From: an uncultured candidatus Brocadiaceae bacterium
GTDB lineage: Bacteria > Planctomycetota > Brocadiia > SM23-32
Reading direction: 5' to 3'
Assembly (NCBI GenBank): GCA_964592385.1
Contig: CAZQEQ010000003.1
Coordinates: 13,759-77,758, forward strand
Length of the DNA: 64,000 bases
Shown here one piece after another: positions 39,548 through 49,286 of the stretch (positions within the stretch are counted from its first letter, which is position 1; every line of letters begins with the position of its first letter). The translations under genes and the position numbers were made by a program. The notes below the pieces were generated by a model that worked only from the letters and a program-made list of their open reading frames with translations, made no database searches and was not told where the DNA came from.

Positions 39548-40435
39548 ATGAGCGCCTTGATTGACGATTTCCTGCACCGACTGGCTGTCGAGAGGGGCTA
39601 TTCGCCCAACACGCTGCGGGCGTACGCGGGCGACCTGTGCGCCCTGGAGGAATTCCTGGAGGACCGCCATCGCGGGATGGACGAGGCCACCGTCCACGAC
39701 GTGCGGGCCTTTCTGGCGACGCTCCGCATGCGGGGGCTCTCGCGCGCCACTATCGCGCGGCGCACGGCCGCCGTCCGCTCATTTCACAAGTTCCTGGCCC
39801 GCCAGGGCGTCCTCGATGCCAACCCCATGGCCGCCCTGCGCTCGCCCCGGCGCGAGCGCAGGCTGCCCATCTTCCTCACCGTCACGGAAGTCGAGCGCCT
39901 GCTGGAGCAGCCGGACACCGCGACGTGGATCGGCCTGCGCGACCTGGCCATGATCGAAACGCTCTACGGCGCGGGCCTGCGCGTGAGCGAGCTGGTCGCA
40001 CTCGACCATGACGACCTGGACCTGGGCGCCGGCCTCCTGCGCGTCCAGGGCAAGGGCAAGAAGGAGAGGGTCGCGCCGGCGGGAAGATGTGCCGTGTCGG
40101 CTATTCGGACCTACCTGTCCGCCGGCGGCGAGGACGCGCCGCCCCGGCGCGACCCGCACGCGGTCTTCGTGAACGCCCGCGAAGGCGCCCGCCTCACCAC
40201 CCGGAGCGTCAACAGGAGGCTGCGCCGCTACGTCCTGCAAGCCGGCCTCGACCCGCGCGTCAGCCCGCATTCCCTGCGCCACAGCTTCGCCACGCACATG
40301 CTGACCAACGGGGCCGACCTGCGGGCGATCCAGGAACTGCTCGGGCACGAGAACCTGAGCACGACGCAGATATACACCCACCTCTCGCACGAACACCTCA
40401 AGCAGACTTACGACGCCGCGCATCCTCGGGCCTGA
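39548..40435 (+). CDS. xerC: Tyrosine recombinase XerC/XerD
   Basis: Start at MSALIDDFL after GGAG. R...HxxR...Y catalytic pattern ([24 protein letters not shown]). Confidence 0.85.
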   Translation: MSALIDDFLHRLAVERGYSPNTLRAYAGDLCALEEFLEDRHRGMDEATVHDVRAFLATLRMRGLSRATIARRTAAVRSFHKFLARQGVLDANPMAALRSPRRERRLPIFLTVTEVERLLEQPDTATWIGLRDLAMIETLYGAGLRVSELVALDHDDLDLGAGLLRVQGKGKKERVAPAGRCAVSAIRTYLSAGGEDAPPRRDPHAVFVNAREGARLTTRSVNRRLRRYVLQAGLDPRVSPHSLRHSFATHMLTNGADLRAIQELLGHENLSTTQIYTHLSHEHLKQTYDAAHPRA

Positions 40436-40448
40436 AGGAGGGCCGGGC

Positions 40449-40988
40449 ATGGCGCACGAAGAGCCGCAGGGCCGGATGCTGATCCTGGCGGGCGACGGCA
40501 AGGGCAAGACCACCGCCGCCCTCGGCACGGCGCTGCGTGCCGTGGGGCACGGGATGCGCGCGCTCGTCGTGCAGTTCGTCAAGGCCCGGCGATGCGGCGA
40601 GCACGCGGCGGCCCAGCGGCTCGGCGGCGCGCTGGAACTCCGCCTCGCCGGCACGGGCTTTCTGGCGCCCGGAGGGGACCCGCAGGCGAGACGGGAAGCC
40701 GCACAAGCGGCCAGGGGCGCACTGGAGCGCGCCGCAGCCGACCTGGCTTCCGCCGAGTACGGCCTCGTGGTCCTCGACGAAGTGCTCTATGCCCTGCGGC
40801 TCGGGCTGCTGGACGCCACGGACGTCCGCGCCGCCGTCGAGGGCCGCGCCCCGGGCGTGCACGTCATCCTGACCGGCGACGGGCCTTACGAGGAACTGGC
40901 GGACCTGGCGGACACGATCACGTGCATGTGCAGCGTCCGGCACGCCCTCGAACAGGGGCGGCCCGCCGAGCCGGGCATCGAGTTCTGA
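40449..40988 (+). CDS. cobO: Cob(I)yrinic acid a,c-diamide (corrinoid) adenosyltransferase
   Basis: [13 protein letters not shown]-loop typical of CobA/CobO/BtuR. 179 aa. Confidence 0.85.
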   Translation: MAHEEPQGRMLILAGDGKGKTTAALGTALRAVGHGMRALVVQFVKARRCGEHAAAQRLGGALELRLAGTGFLAPGGDPQARREAAQAARGALERAAADLASAEYGLVVLDEVLYALRLGLLDATDVRAAVEGRAPGVHVILTGDGPYEELADLADTITCMCSVRHALEQGRPAEPGIEF

Positions 40989-41004
40989 GCGCTGCGGCGT
41001 GGGC

Positions 41005-42072
41005 CTATGCCCCCTCCCGCGCGACCTCCACCATGGCCCGGAAGGCGCGCGCGGCGCGCTCGGTGTAGGTCCCGCTGGCGGATCCCCCCAGGCATATCCC
41101 CCGCGTCCCGAACCGGCGCAGGCGTTCCCGGGCGGCCTCTTGGATGCGTTCCAGCGGCCACTTCTCGAGCACTTCCATGTCGTCGAACGTGCCCACGACG
41201 CAGAACCGGCCTGCGATGATCTCACGCGCGCGCTCCAGGTCCAAGTCGCCGTAGGGCGGCATCTCCACCGGGTCGAGATAGTCCACGCCGATCTCCGCGA
41301 TGGCGTCCAGGTACCGCATCATGGGCCCGTGGTTGTGGTAGTAGGCGAGCGCGCCGTGGCGGTGCATGATCTCCACCAGGCGCCGGTCGTGCAGGACGAC
41401 GAGTTCGTCGAAGGCCTTCGGCCCGAGTTGGGTCGAGGCGTATTCTCCCCCGATGATCCTGAAGCCCTCGACGCCGGCCCGGCAGGCGGCCTCGACGCAG
41501 GACTCAACCCGCCGCGCGGCCTCGGCGACGACCTCCGCCATGAACGCCGGCTCGTCCGCCCAGAGCAGGCAGAAGTCCACGGGGCTGCACAGTTCGGCGG
41601 GCATGCAGATGGCGTCGGGACAACCGGCCAGCACCATGGCCTCCTCGCCGTGGCGGCCGACGCTGTCCCTGTAACGCGCGGTTTCGGGCTCTGGGGGTTC
41701 CCACGGGATCGAAAGGAACTTCTCCAGGTCGGCCGCGCCCCCGCACGGGAACTCCACGGTGGCGCGGGCGACGGCCGTGCTCTTGATCGTGCGTCTCAGG
41801 TCGCCCCGGGGCGTGGGGATTGTCACGTGCACCATGTCCCCGTCTTCGCGCGCCTCCTGGCGGTAGCGAGCACCGCCGAAGACGTTGACCCCGAGCCAGG
41901 TCTCCAGGAAGGAGTCCGTCTCCCTGATCAGTTCGGCCGCGGCGGCGCCCCCGGGGTCCAGGTGGCCCAGCCCGAAGGGCGAGACCGGGACCCTGTCGCA
42001 GGGCTCGCACCGGCCGGCGGCCAGCAGTCTCCGGCGAGAAGTCATGTGCTCTTCGGCGTTGCTGCCGTCCAT
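41005..42072 (-). CDS. Uroporphyrinogen-decarboxylase (URO-D) family protein, likely corrinoid-dependent methyltransferase subunit (MtaA/CmuA-like)
   Basis: TIM-barrel URO-D family pattern, including an N-terminal DRVPV block. Start chosen at MDGSNAEEH... because of an upstream AAAGG RBS. Confidence 0.6.
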   Translation of the reverse strand: MDGSNAEEHMTSRRRLLAAGRCEPCDRVPVSPFGLGHLDPGGAAAAELIRETDSFLETWLGVNVFGGARYRQEAREDGDMVHVTIPTPRGDLRRTIKSTAVARATVEFPCGGAADLEKFLSIPWEPPEPETARYRDSVGRHGEEAMVLAGCPDAICMPAELCSPVDFCLLWADEPAFMAEVVAEAARRVESCVEAACRAGVEGFRIIGGEYASTQLGPKAFDELVVLHDRRLVEIMHRHGALAYYHNHGPMMRYLDAIAEIGVDYLDPVEMPPYGDLDLERAREIIAGRFCVVGTFDDMEVLEKWPLERIQEAARERLRRFGTRGICLGGSASGTYTERAARAFRAMVEVAREGA

Positions 42073-42218
42073 CCTGTCCGCCTTTCCCGCAAGAACCAGG
42101 CATTGGATTGTAGTGACGCGCCAGTGCGCTGGCAAGAAAACGGTGGCTTCGACAGGCCGTCCTCTGTATAATGCATTTTCAGGCGCGTTTGCTGCCCGAC
42201 ACGTGGGAGATGTTTGGA

Positions 42219-43808
42219 ATGGCCAAGTCGCTCTGGGAAAGCGGTCGGGTTCAGCGGGTCAGGCCGAGTGAGTTTTCCCCGGAGCCCTACCAGGAGATAC
42301 TGGACGGCCTCGCGGAAGCGTCCGACTTGCAGTTGGAGTTCGCCCGCGAGGGTAAGCTGCCGCGACCCGGGCTGCCGCACGTGCCGGTACGGCTGCGCGG
42401 CAGGCGGACCGGATGGGTCGTCGTCGCAAGCCGGTCCACGGAGGAGGCCCATCGGGTGCTCCGGGCCGCCGGGGAGATCGCCAGTCGCGCTTTTACCACC
42501 GACCGGGATGTCGCCAGGCTCTCCACGGAGGTGGCCGACCGCTACGAGGAGCTGGATTTCGTCTATGAGATGGCCAACCAGGTCGGCGCGCTCCTGGACG
42601 AAGACGAGATTTGCGCGTTCGTGGCCGAGGAGGCCGCCTGGCGGCTCGGGTGCGAGCGCGCCTCGGTCATGATGGCCGACCGGCAAACGGGCGAGCTGAA
42701 GATCCGCGCTGCCGTCGGGCTGCCCGAAGAGATATCCAGCGAGGTCAGCGTCCAGCCGGGCGAGCGCATCAGCGGCAAGGTCTTCGAGAGCGGCCGGCCC
42801 ACCGTGGTCAATGAAGGCGACCCGATGCCGGCCGAATCGCTCAACGTCGAGGAACTGCGCGAATCCGACTCCTTCCTCTGCGTGCCGCTGAAGGTCAGCG
42901 GCACCGCCGACAGGGAGGAGAGGGTCCTCGGCGTGATCAACCTCACGCGCAAACGCCGCAGCAAGATGTTCACGGCCAGCGACCTGAAGCTGGTCAGCGC
43001 CGTGGCCGTCACCACCGCCACGCAGATACACAATTGCCGCCTCATAAACGCCGACCGGGAACGCCAGAAGCTGGAACACGAACTGGAGCTGGCAGCCCGG
43101 ATACAGCTCGGCCTGCTGCCGGAGAAACCGTTGTCCGCCGGGCCGCTCGTAGTGGGCGGCTGCTGCCAGCCGGCCCGCCACGTGGGAGGCGATCTGTTCG
43201 ACTACTGGGTCCTGGACGGCAATGTATTCCTGGTCATGGCGGACGTGGCCGGACATGACATGGGGGCCGCGCTGATGGCTGCCGCCGTCAGGAGCGTCGT
43301 CCGCAGCGAGACCGCCCACATGGCCTCCGTCGCCGAGCTGCTGGGCAGCGTGAACCGCGCGCTGTTCAACGACCTGGTCCGGGCCGAGCTTTTCATTACG
43401 GCCTTCTTCGCGCAGATCGACGTCACGAGCGGCGAGATGACTTACTGCCGCGCCGGGCATCCCAAGCCGGTGCTCTTTCAGGCCGACCAGAAGCAGTGGT
43501 TGGACACGGAGGGAATGCTGCTCGGGATGCAGGAGGACGGCCAGTACGAGCAGAAAACCGTCCCCCTGAAGCCCGGCGACATGCTGGTCATGTACACCGA
43601 CGGCGTCATGGACGCCGCGAACGCCCAGGGGCGTATGTTCGGCCCGGAGGGGGTCGGCGCCGTCGCGGCCAATTCGGTCGGCATTGCTCCTGTGGAAACC
43701 GCCCACCGCATCGTCGAGGCGGCGCAGAAACACACGAACGAAGCGCCGCAGGTGGACGACATGACCACCCTGGTCGCGGTCTATGGGGAAGCGGCCGGCT
43801 CCGCCTGA
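42219..43808 (+). CDS. GAF-domain PP2C-type serine phosphatase (SpoIIE/RsbU family)
   Basis: An N-terminal uncharacterised region, a GAF domain, and a C-terminal PPM fold with GGDLFDY and DGVMDA motifs. Start is either 42210 or 42219. Confidence 0.8.
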   Translation: MAKSLWESGRVQRVRPSEFSPEPYQEILDGLAEASDLQLEFAREGKLPRPGLPHVPVRLRGRRTGWVVVASRSTEEAHRVLRAAGEIASRAFTTDRDVARLSTEVADRYEELDFVYEMANQVGALLDEDEICAFVAEEAAWRLGCERASVMMADRQTGELKIRAAVGLPEEISSEVSVQPGERISGKVFESGRPTVVNEGDPMPAESLNVEELRESDSFLCVPLKVSGTADREERVLGVINLTRKRRSKMFTASDLKLVSAVAVTTATQIHNCRLINADRERQKLEHELELAARIQLGLLPEKPLSAGPLVVGGCCQPARHVGGDLFDYWVLDGNVFLVMADVAGHDMGAALMAAAVRSVVRSETAHMASVAELLGSVNRALFNDLVRAELFITAFFAQIDVTSGEMTYCRAGHPKPVLFQADQKQWLDTEGMLLGMQEDGQYEQKTVPLKPGDMLVMYTDGVMDAANAQGRMFGPEGVGAVAANSVGIAPVETAHRIVEAAQKHTNEAPQVDDMTTLVAVYGEAAGSA

Positions 43809-43831
43809 GGCGGCCAGGCGGCTGCGCTCGA

Positions 43832-46800
43832 TCAGCCGGCCTTTGCGCGCGGGGTGTGTTCGGCCGGCGCGTGTTCGTCCACTTCTTCGAGCTTCACCGA
43901 TATCTTCTTCGTGACCCCGTCGGCCATCGTCACGCCGTAGAGAACCTGGGCGACGCTCATCGTGAGCTTGTTGTGCGTGACAATGATGAACTGGGTGTCA
44001 CGGGAGAACTCCTCCAGCAGCATCAGGAACCGCTCGACGTTGCTGTCGTCCAGCGGGGCGTCCACTTCGTCCAGCAGGCAGAAGGGGCTGGGCTTCGTCT
44101 GGAAGATGGCCAGCAGGAGCGCGACCGTGGTCAGCGCCCTCTCCCCGCCGCTCAACAGGGAGATCGAGTTGGTCTCCTTGCCGGGCGGACGGGCGATTAT
44201 GTCGATGCCCGCCTCCAGGATGTCCTCTTCTTCGGAATCCAGCACGATGTCCGCGTTGCCGCCGCCGAACAGCTTCCGGAACAGGGCCTGGAAGTTCCCC
44301 TGGACCTGCTGGAAGGTCTCGCCGAACCGCTGCCGGCTCTGCTTGCTCAGCTCGCGGATGATCTCCCGCTCGTGCCGGCGGGCCTTCTCCAGGTCCTCCT
44401 TCTGATCGGTCAGGAACTGCAGGCGTACCTCCAGCTCCTCCTGCTGGCGGATGGCGGCGACGTTCACGTTGCCGATGCGATCGACCTTGGCCTTAAGTTG
44501 CGCGATCCGCCGCTTGATCCGTTCCCAGTCGGCCGACTCGTCGTCCGCCAGATCGAGGACCGCCCGGCGCAGCTCCGTCGCCTCCTCCAGGCTGATCAGC
44601 TCGGTCTGTTCCTCCTCCTCTTCCCCCCCGGCCTCCTCGCTGCGCCTGTACCACTCTGCGACGGCCCGGGCCGGCGCGGGCTGGTGCGCCCATTCGCGGA
44701 TCTGCCTGGTCAGGAAGGGCGAGTCCTCGCGCCAGCGCTCCGGCTCCAGCTCGAGCGCCCGCAGCCGGACGCCGTAGTCCTCCGTCGTCCGCTCCAGCAG
44801 GTCCTGGAGCTTGACGTTCGTCTCGTGCTGGGTGACCTGCAGTCCGTGGACCTTCTCCGCCCACTGCCGGGAGCGTTCGCCGGCAGCCTGGAGGCGCTCC
44901 GCCAGGTCGCTGATCTGCTGCTGGAACCCCTCGGCGGCTGCGGCCCCGGCCTCGAGGGAGGCGCACAGGCCCTCTTTCTCCGCCTTCAGAGATTGGCTCT
45001 CCTGGCGCGCGGCTTCGGCCGCCTTCTCGGTTTCGCGCTGCCACCGGACGCTGGTTTCCTGCTCGGACTGAAGCGCCTCTTGCTCGGCGCGGGCCCGTTC
45101 CCCGTCGGCGCAGAGCCTGTCGAGCAACTGCTGCTGGCTCTGCTGGCGCTCCCTCGCCCGCGCCAGCTCGGCGACGCGTTCGCCGGCTCGATCGTTCAGA
45201 GTCTGCTCCTGCTGCGCCAGTTCGGAGAGCGCCTGGCGTCCCTCCTCCACGGCGAGTTCAGCCACAGAACGGTCGCGTCCGGCGGTCTCACACTCCTGCT
45301 GGAGAGTCGCCTTCTTCAAGTCGAGCTCTTCGATGTCTTCGGTGATGGCCGACGCCTCGGTCGCGGCAAGCTGCATCTGATCGCGCAGTTCCTGAAGTCG
45401 GCTGTCCGTCAGTTTCAGGTGCCCCCGGACGTCGCCGGCGCTGCGCTGGAGCAGGTCCAGTTGCGCCGCCGCGGCCTCACGCCGGTCCGTCAGGTCTCGG
45501 ACCTGCGCCGCAGTGTCCTGTCTCTGGGCGTTCAGGGAAGCCTGCTCGCGCTGAAGATCGCGTATCTGGCCGTCGAGTTCCGCCAGTTCGCTGCGCCGGC
45601 TTATCAGGCTGGGCGTCTCCGGCAGGCCGCCCGACCAGATTCCGTCGGCGCCGTAGCATTCGCCGGCCGGCGTGACCAGCTTCACGTCGGGCGGCAGACG
45701 GTCGCCCAGCAGCGCCCTGGCCGCCGCCTCGTCGTCCACCAGGAAGGCGTTGGCCAGCAGCGACTCGACCGCGGGGCGCACGCGGTCGGGGCAACGGACC
45801 AGTTCGCTGAGCCGGCCCCGCACTCCGCTCAAGAGGGGCGTCTCCGCCGGTGTTCCGGCGGGGAGGTTGCTCAGCACAATCAGGTCGGACCGCCCGCTGC
45901 CCTCGTCCCTTAGCAGCCTGAGTGCCTCGTGCGCCTCGAAGGCCCCCTCGAAGACGGCGGCGTGGGCCAGCGGCCCGAGGATCGCCTCGACGGCCGCGGC
46001 CATGTCCAGGGGCACGTCGAGCAACTCGCCCAGTAGCCCGATCATGCCGGCGGGTCCGGCGTCGACCAGGCGCCTGGCGCCGGACCGGACGCCCTCCCCT
46101 CTCTGCTCCATGTCGCGCAGGACGTCGCGGCGCCCGGCCTTGCCGCTCAGTTCGGCCCTGACGCGGCTGAGTTCCGACGAGACCCGTTCGAGCCGCTGCT
46201 GCGCCTCGGCCAGCCGGTGCTTGAGGCCCGCAACTTCGCCCGCAACGGATGCCTGCCGGGCCTGGACTGATTCGAGCTTCTCCTCGGTCTGCGCGCGTTC
46301 GCGCTCGGCTTCGCCCAACTCCGCGTCGAGCTGGTCCCGGCGGCCACGAATGCGCGCGAGTCGCGCCTCCGCGGTGCGCCGTTCGGCAGCGATGATCTCG
46401 AGCTGGTTCCTGAGCTGGCTCTCACGCTCGAAGAGATCGAAAGCGCCCCGCTTCTTCGCTTCCAGTTCGGCCTCGACCTGCCGCGTGCGTTCCCGAACGC
46501 GCTCGACCGAACGTTTCTGCGCATCCAGTCCGGCGGTGGCGGCCTCGACTTCGCGTGCTGTTTCCTCCAGTCGCTGCCGGACGGTTCCGATCTCGTCCTC
46601 CAGGGCGCTGCATCGCTCGGACAGAACGGCGCGCCGCCGGGAGATGTCGCCGAGTTGCTGCTCGATCTCGGCGCTGCGCCTTCGATTGGCTTCCGCCTCC
46701 CGCGCCAGGCTCTCCAGCCGCGCCTCGACGCGCGTGAGGCGCTGGCGCGACAGGTTGAGTTCGTCACGGGCGGCCTCGCGCTCAGCCCGGGCGGATTCCA

Positions 46801-47605
46801 GCTCGCGCTCGGCCGAGCGAACGGTGCCCTCCAACTCGGCCCTCCGCTGGTCGGCCTCTTCGAGCCGGCGGGCGTTCTCCTCGGCGGCCACCTCGAACAG
46901 GCGGCACGAGTGGAGGCTGTGCGCCAGGCGGAGTCGCTGGAGTTCCTCGCTTTGCAGCTTGAAGGTCCGCGCCCGGCCGGCCTGGTACTTGACGCTGCGC
47001 AACTGGTGGTCCACCTCCTCGATGATGTCCGAGAGGCGCTCCAGGTTGGCGGCGACGCGTTCGAGCTTGCGTTCGGCTTCCTTCTTCTGTTCGAGGAAGC
47101 GGTTGATCCCCGCCGCTTCTTCGAAGATGACGCGTCTCTGCTTCGGGTCGGCGCGGAGCAGCTCGTCTATCTGGCCCTGCTCGATGAAGCTGTAACACGA
47201 CGTGCCGATGCCGGTGTCGAGCAGGATGTCCCGGATGTCCTTCAGGCGGCACTGCTGTCCGTTCAGGTAGTACTCGCTCTGCCCGGTCCGGTCCACGCGA
47301 CGCCGGATGGAGACCTCGTCGTACTCGACCGGCAGCCAGCCGTCGGCGTTGTCGATGGTGAGCGTGGCCTCGGCGTAGTTGAGGGGTTTGCGGGATTCGC
47401 TGCCGTTGAAGATAATGTTGACCATCTCGGCCCCGCGCAGCTTGCGCGCGCTGCGTTCCCCCAGGACCCACTTGATGGCGTCGGCGATATTGCTCTTGCC
47501 CGCGCCGTTCGGGCCGACCAGTGCGGAAAGGCTGTCCTCGAACTCGAAGCTCGTCCTGTCGGCGAAGGACTTGAACCCGTAGAGTTCCAGCTTCTTCAGC
47601 TTCAA
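43832..47605 (-). CDS. smc: Chromosome segregation protein SMC
   Basis: 1257 aa. TTG start. Walker A GPNGAGKSN, long coiled coils, a hinge, and C-terminal signature LSGGE plus Walker B. Confidence 0.9.
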   Translation of the reverse strand: MKLKKLELYGFKSFADRTSFEFEDSLSALVGPNGAGKSNIADAIKWVLGERSARKLRGAEMVNIIFNGSESRKPLNYAEATLTIDNADGWLPVEYDEVSIRRRVDRTGQSEYYLNGQQCRLKDIRDILLDTGIGTSCYSFIEQGQIDELLRADPKQRRVIFEEAAGINRFLEQKKEAERKLERVAANLERLSDIIEEVDHQLRSVKYQAGRARTFKLQSEELQRLRLAHSLHSCRLFEVAAEENARRLEEADQRRAELEGTVRSAERELESARAEREAARDELNLSRQRLTRVEARLESLAREAEANRRRSAEIEQQLGDISRRRAVLSERCSALEDEIGTVRQRLEETAREVEAATAGLDAQKRSVERVRERTRQVEAELEAKKRGAFDLFERESQLRNQLEIIAAERRTAEARLARIRGRRDQLDAELGEAERERAQTEEKLESVQARQASVAGEVAGLKHRLAEAQQRLERVSSELSRVRAELSGKAGRRDVLRDMEQRGEGVRSGARRLVDAGPAGMIGLLGELLDVPLDMAAAVEAILGPLAHAAVFEGAFEAHEALRLLRDEGSGRSDLIVLSNLPAGTPAETPLLSGVRGRLSELVRCPDRVRPAVESLLANAFLVDDEAAARALLGDRLPPDVKLVTPAGECYGADGIWSGGLPETPSLISRRSELAELDGQIRDLQREQASLNAQRQDTAAQVRDLTDRREAAAAQLDLLQRSAGDVRGHLKLTDSRLQELRDQMQLAATEASAITEDIEELDLKKATLQQECETAGRDRSVAELAVEEGRQALSELAQQEQTLNDRAGERVAELARARERQQSQQQLLDRLCADGERARAEQEALQSEQETSVRWQRETEKAAEAARQESQSLKAEKEGLCASLEAGAAAAEGFQQQISDLAERLQAAGERSRQWAEKVHGLQVTQHETNVKLQDLLERTTEDYGVRLRALELEPERWREDSPFLTRQIREWAHQPAPARAVAEWYRRSEEAGGEEEEEQTELISLEEATELRRAVLDLADDESADWERIKRRIAQLKAKVDRIGNVNVAAIRQQEELEVRLQFLTDQKEDLEKARRHEREIIRELSKQSRQRFGETFQQVQGNFQALFRKLFGGGNADIVLDSEEEDILEAGIDIIARPPGKETNSISLLSGGERALTTVALLLAIFQTKPSPFCLLDEVDAPLDDSNVERFLMLLEEFSRDTQFIIVTHNKLTMSVAQVLYGVTMADGVTKKISVKLEEVDEHAPAEHTPRAKAG

Positions 47606-47865
47606 GACGCGCGTCCCCAGATGGCCGTCGGCAAGAACCCTCGTCCAATCCCGAGCAAAGACGCCCCGCAGGGCATGTTTCGCAGGCCCGAAGCGCGGCG
47701 CCGCCTGGCAAGACGAATCCGTCTGCTTTGCGAATTCCCTCTGTGCGAACCGAGAATCAGAATTCTAAACAAAGGCGGCGGGCGAAGTCACAGGCGAACC
47801 GGGCGCACTCTCTCAGGGGGCGGGCAGGGCGGCATTACGCTCTCCGGCCACGACAGGACTCGCGC

Positions 47866-47884
47866 TGTAAGCGCTTTTTTCACA
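47866..47884 (+). terminator. Short hairpin plus T6 tract (possible intrinsic terminator) inside the 610-nt smc upstream intergenic region
   Basis: GCGCT-GTA-AGCGC followed by TTTTTT on the plus strand. There is no plus-strand CDS upstream. Confidence 0.3.
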
Positions 47885-48216
47885 ACCGGTTGTGGCAACG
47901 CCGCGGACGCAGACGGGCGCCCCAACATCCCGGCACCGGCAGCAGGGCCGACCCGGACCGGGCAAAAACCCCGGACGAAAATGGCCCCCCCTTGGACCCC
48001 TTCCGCCGCTAGTGGGCTGATAAGGAAGTCACCTTGGGTTTTCCGAGTTACGTCTGAACCGGGCGCGGGGCGGGACGTTCACGCGCCGAGGCGTGCCCCG
48101 CCTACCCCTATGTGGGTGGCCCCCGGCGCCCCTCAGGGGTCCTCGTCCCGAGAGCCCTTCGGGGTCGAGGGGTCTCGCCGGGGGGGGGGATGCAGGGCTA
48201 TCAGTTGAACAGGCTG

Positions 48217-48939
48217 CTAGGCCGTCAGCGCGTGGTCCCGCCCCCGCACCACGCACCGGTCCGTGAAAGGCGTGGCGAGCGCCTCGAACACGTCCATCTC
48301 GGCGGGCTTGAAGGGCGTGGTGGCGCTGAGTTCCTCGGAGAGGCAGCGTCCGGCCCTGAAGTTCTGAAGCGCTATCTGGCGGCTGCCTTCCAGCGCGGGC
48401 AGGATGCCCTCCAACTCGCCGCGCCCAACCAGGCCCGGCACGAGCGTGATCCGGAACTCGTACTCCAGCCCGCTGCCCTTGATGATCTCGATCGAGCGGC
48501 GCACCTGGGCCACGTCAACCTCCACGCCCGTGACGCGCGCGTAGTCAGCCTGCGTGAGCGGCGCTTTCACGTCCATTGACATGGCGTCAACCAACCCCTC
48601 GCCGATGAGCCTCGCCACCCAGTCCGGCCGGGTCCCGTTGGTCTCCACCAGGACGCTCACGGGCACCTCCCTGAGGGTCCCGATGAGGTCGATCAACTCC
48701 GGCCCGTGGAGGGTGGGCTCACCGCCGGTAATGGCGACGCCGTCAACCCAGCCGCTGTTCTCGCGCAGGTGAGCCGTCACCTCTTCGAGCGGCACGGTGT
48801 CGAGCGAATCGGGGTCAAGGACGAGGTCGACTGCGTGGCAGTAGAGGCAGCGCAGGTTGCACCGAGGCAGGAAGAGCACGCAACTGAGCCTGCCCTCCCA
48901 CTCCAGCAGGCTGCTCTTGAGGAAGCCTTTGATCTCCAT
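48217..48939 (-). CDS. nrdG: Anaerobic ribonucleoside-triphosphate reductase activating protein (radical SAM)
   Basis: Start at MEIKGFLKSSLLEW. CNLRCLYCH radical-SAM cluster motif. Last gene after nrdD. Confidence 0.8.
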   Translation of the reverse strand: MEIKGFLKSSLLEWEGRLSCVLFLPRCNLRCLYCHAVDLVLDPDSLDTVPLEEVTAHLRENSGWVDGVAITGGEPTLHGPELIDLIGTLREVPVSVLVETNGTRPDWVARLIGEGLVDAMSMDVKAPLTQADYARVTGVEVDVAQVRRSIEIIKGSGLEYEFRITLVPGLVGRGELEGILPALEGSRQIALQNFRAGRCLSEELSATTPFKPAEMDVFEALATPFTDRCVVRGRDHALTA

Positions 48940-48976
48940 CGCGTTCTTCGCAGGCGGACCGGGACGTCGCGCGGGC

Positions 48977-49249
48977 TCAGGCGCAGAGGCGTTGTTGGAG
49001 TTCGTCGCTGGGGGGCGCCTGCCCGTCCCAGCGGCCCATGACGTTGTCCGCGTCGCTCTTGAGCAACACGGACGGTATCTCGAACACGTCGAAGAAGTCG
49101 CCCTCGGCGGCACCCGCTTCCGTCTCCATGTCCTGGAAGATGATCGGGACGGCGTCGCTCATGTCCCACTTGCGCAGGAAGTGGGCGATCTTCTTCTTGG
49201 CGCTCTCGCACAACTGGCAGTCCTGCTTGCCGTAGATCTCAAGGATCAT
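48977..49249 (-). CDS. nrdH: Glutaredoxin-like (NrdH-type) redoxin
   Basis: Start at MILEIYGKQDCQLC after AGGGGGCAGGTG. CxxC in a thioredoxin-fold context. Positioned between nrdD and nrdG. Confidence 0.6.
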   Translation of the reverse strand: MILEIYGKQDCQLCESAKKKIAHFLRKWDMSDAVPIIFQDMETEAGAAEGDFFDVFEIPSVLLKSDADNVMGRWDGQAPPSDELQQRLCA

Positions 49250-49286
49250 CTTCACCTGCCCCCTGCCACTGTAACGATGCGGTTCA

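Noticed and set aside
39548-40435. Tyrosine recombinase as a marker of an integrated mobile element
   Set aside because: The sequence has the XerC/XerD-type N-terminal domain and catalytic pattern. No flanking tRNA, direct repeats, phage genes or cargo genes are present, and the surrounding genes are housekeeping.
47606-48216. Possibility of RNase P RNA, tmRNA or tRNA in the long smc upstream region
   Set aside because: None of the universally conserved signatures (RNase P GGAAAGTCCGG/P4, tmRNA tag-ORF plus tRNA-like 3' end, tRNA cloverleaf with T-loop GTTCRA) could be found by eye. Left as an uncharacterised candidate sRNA region instead.
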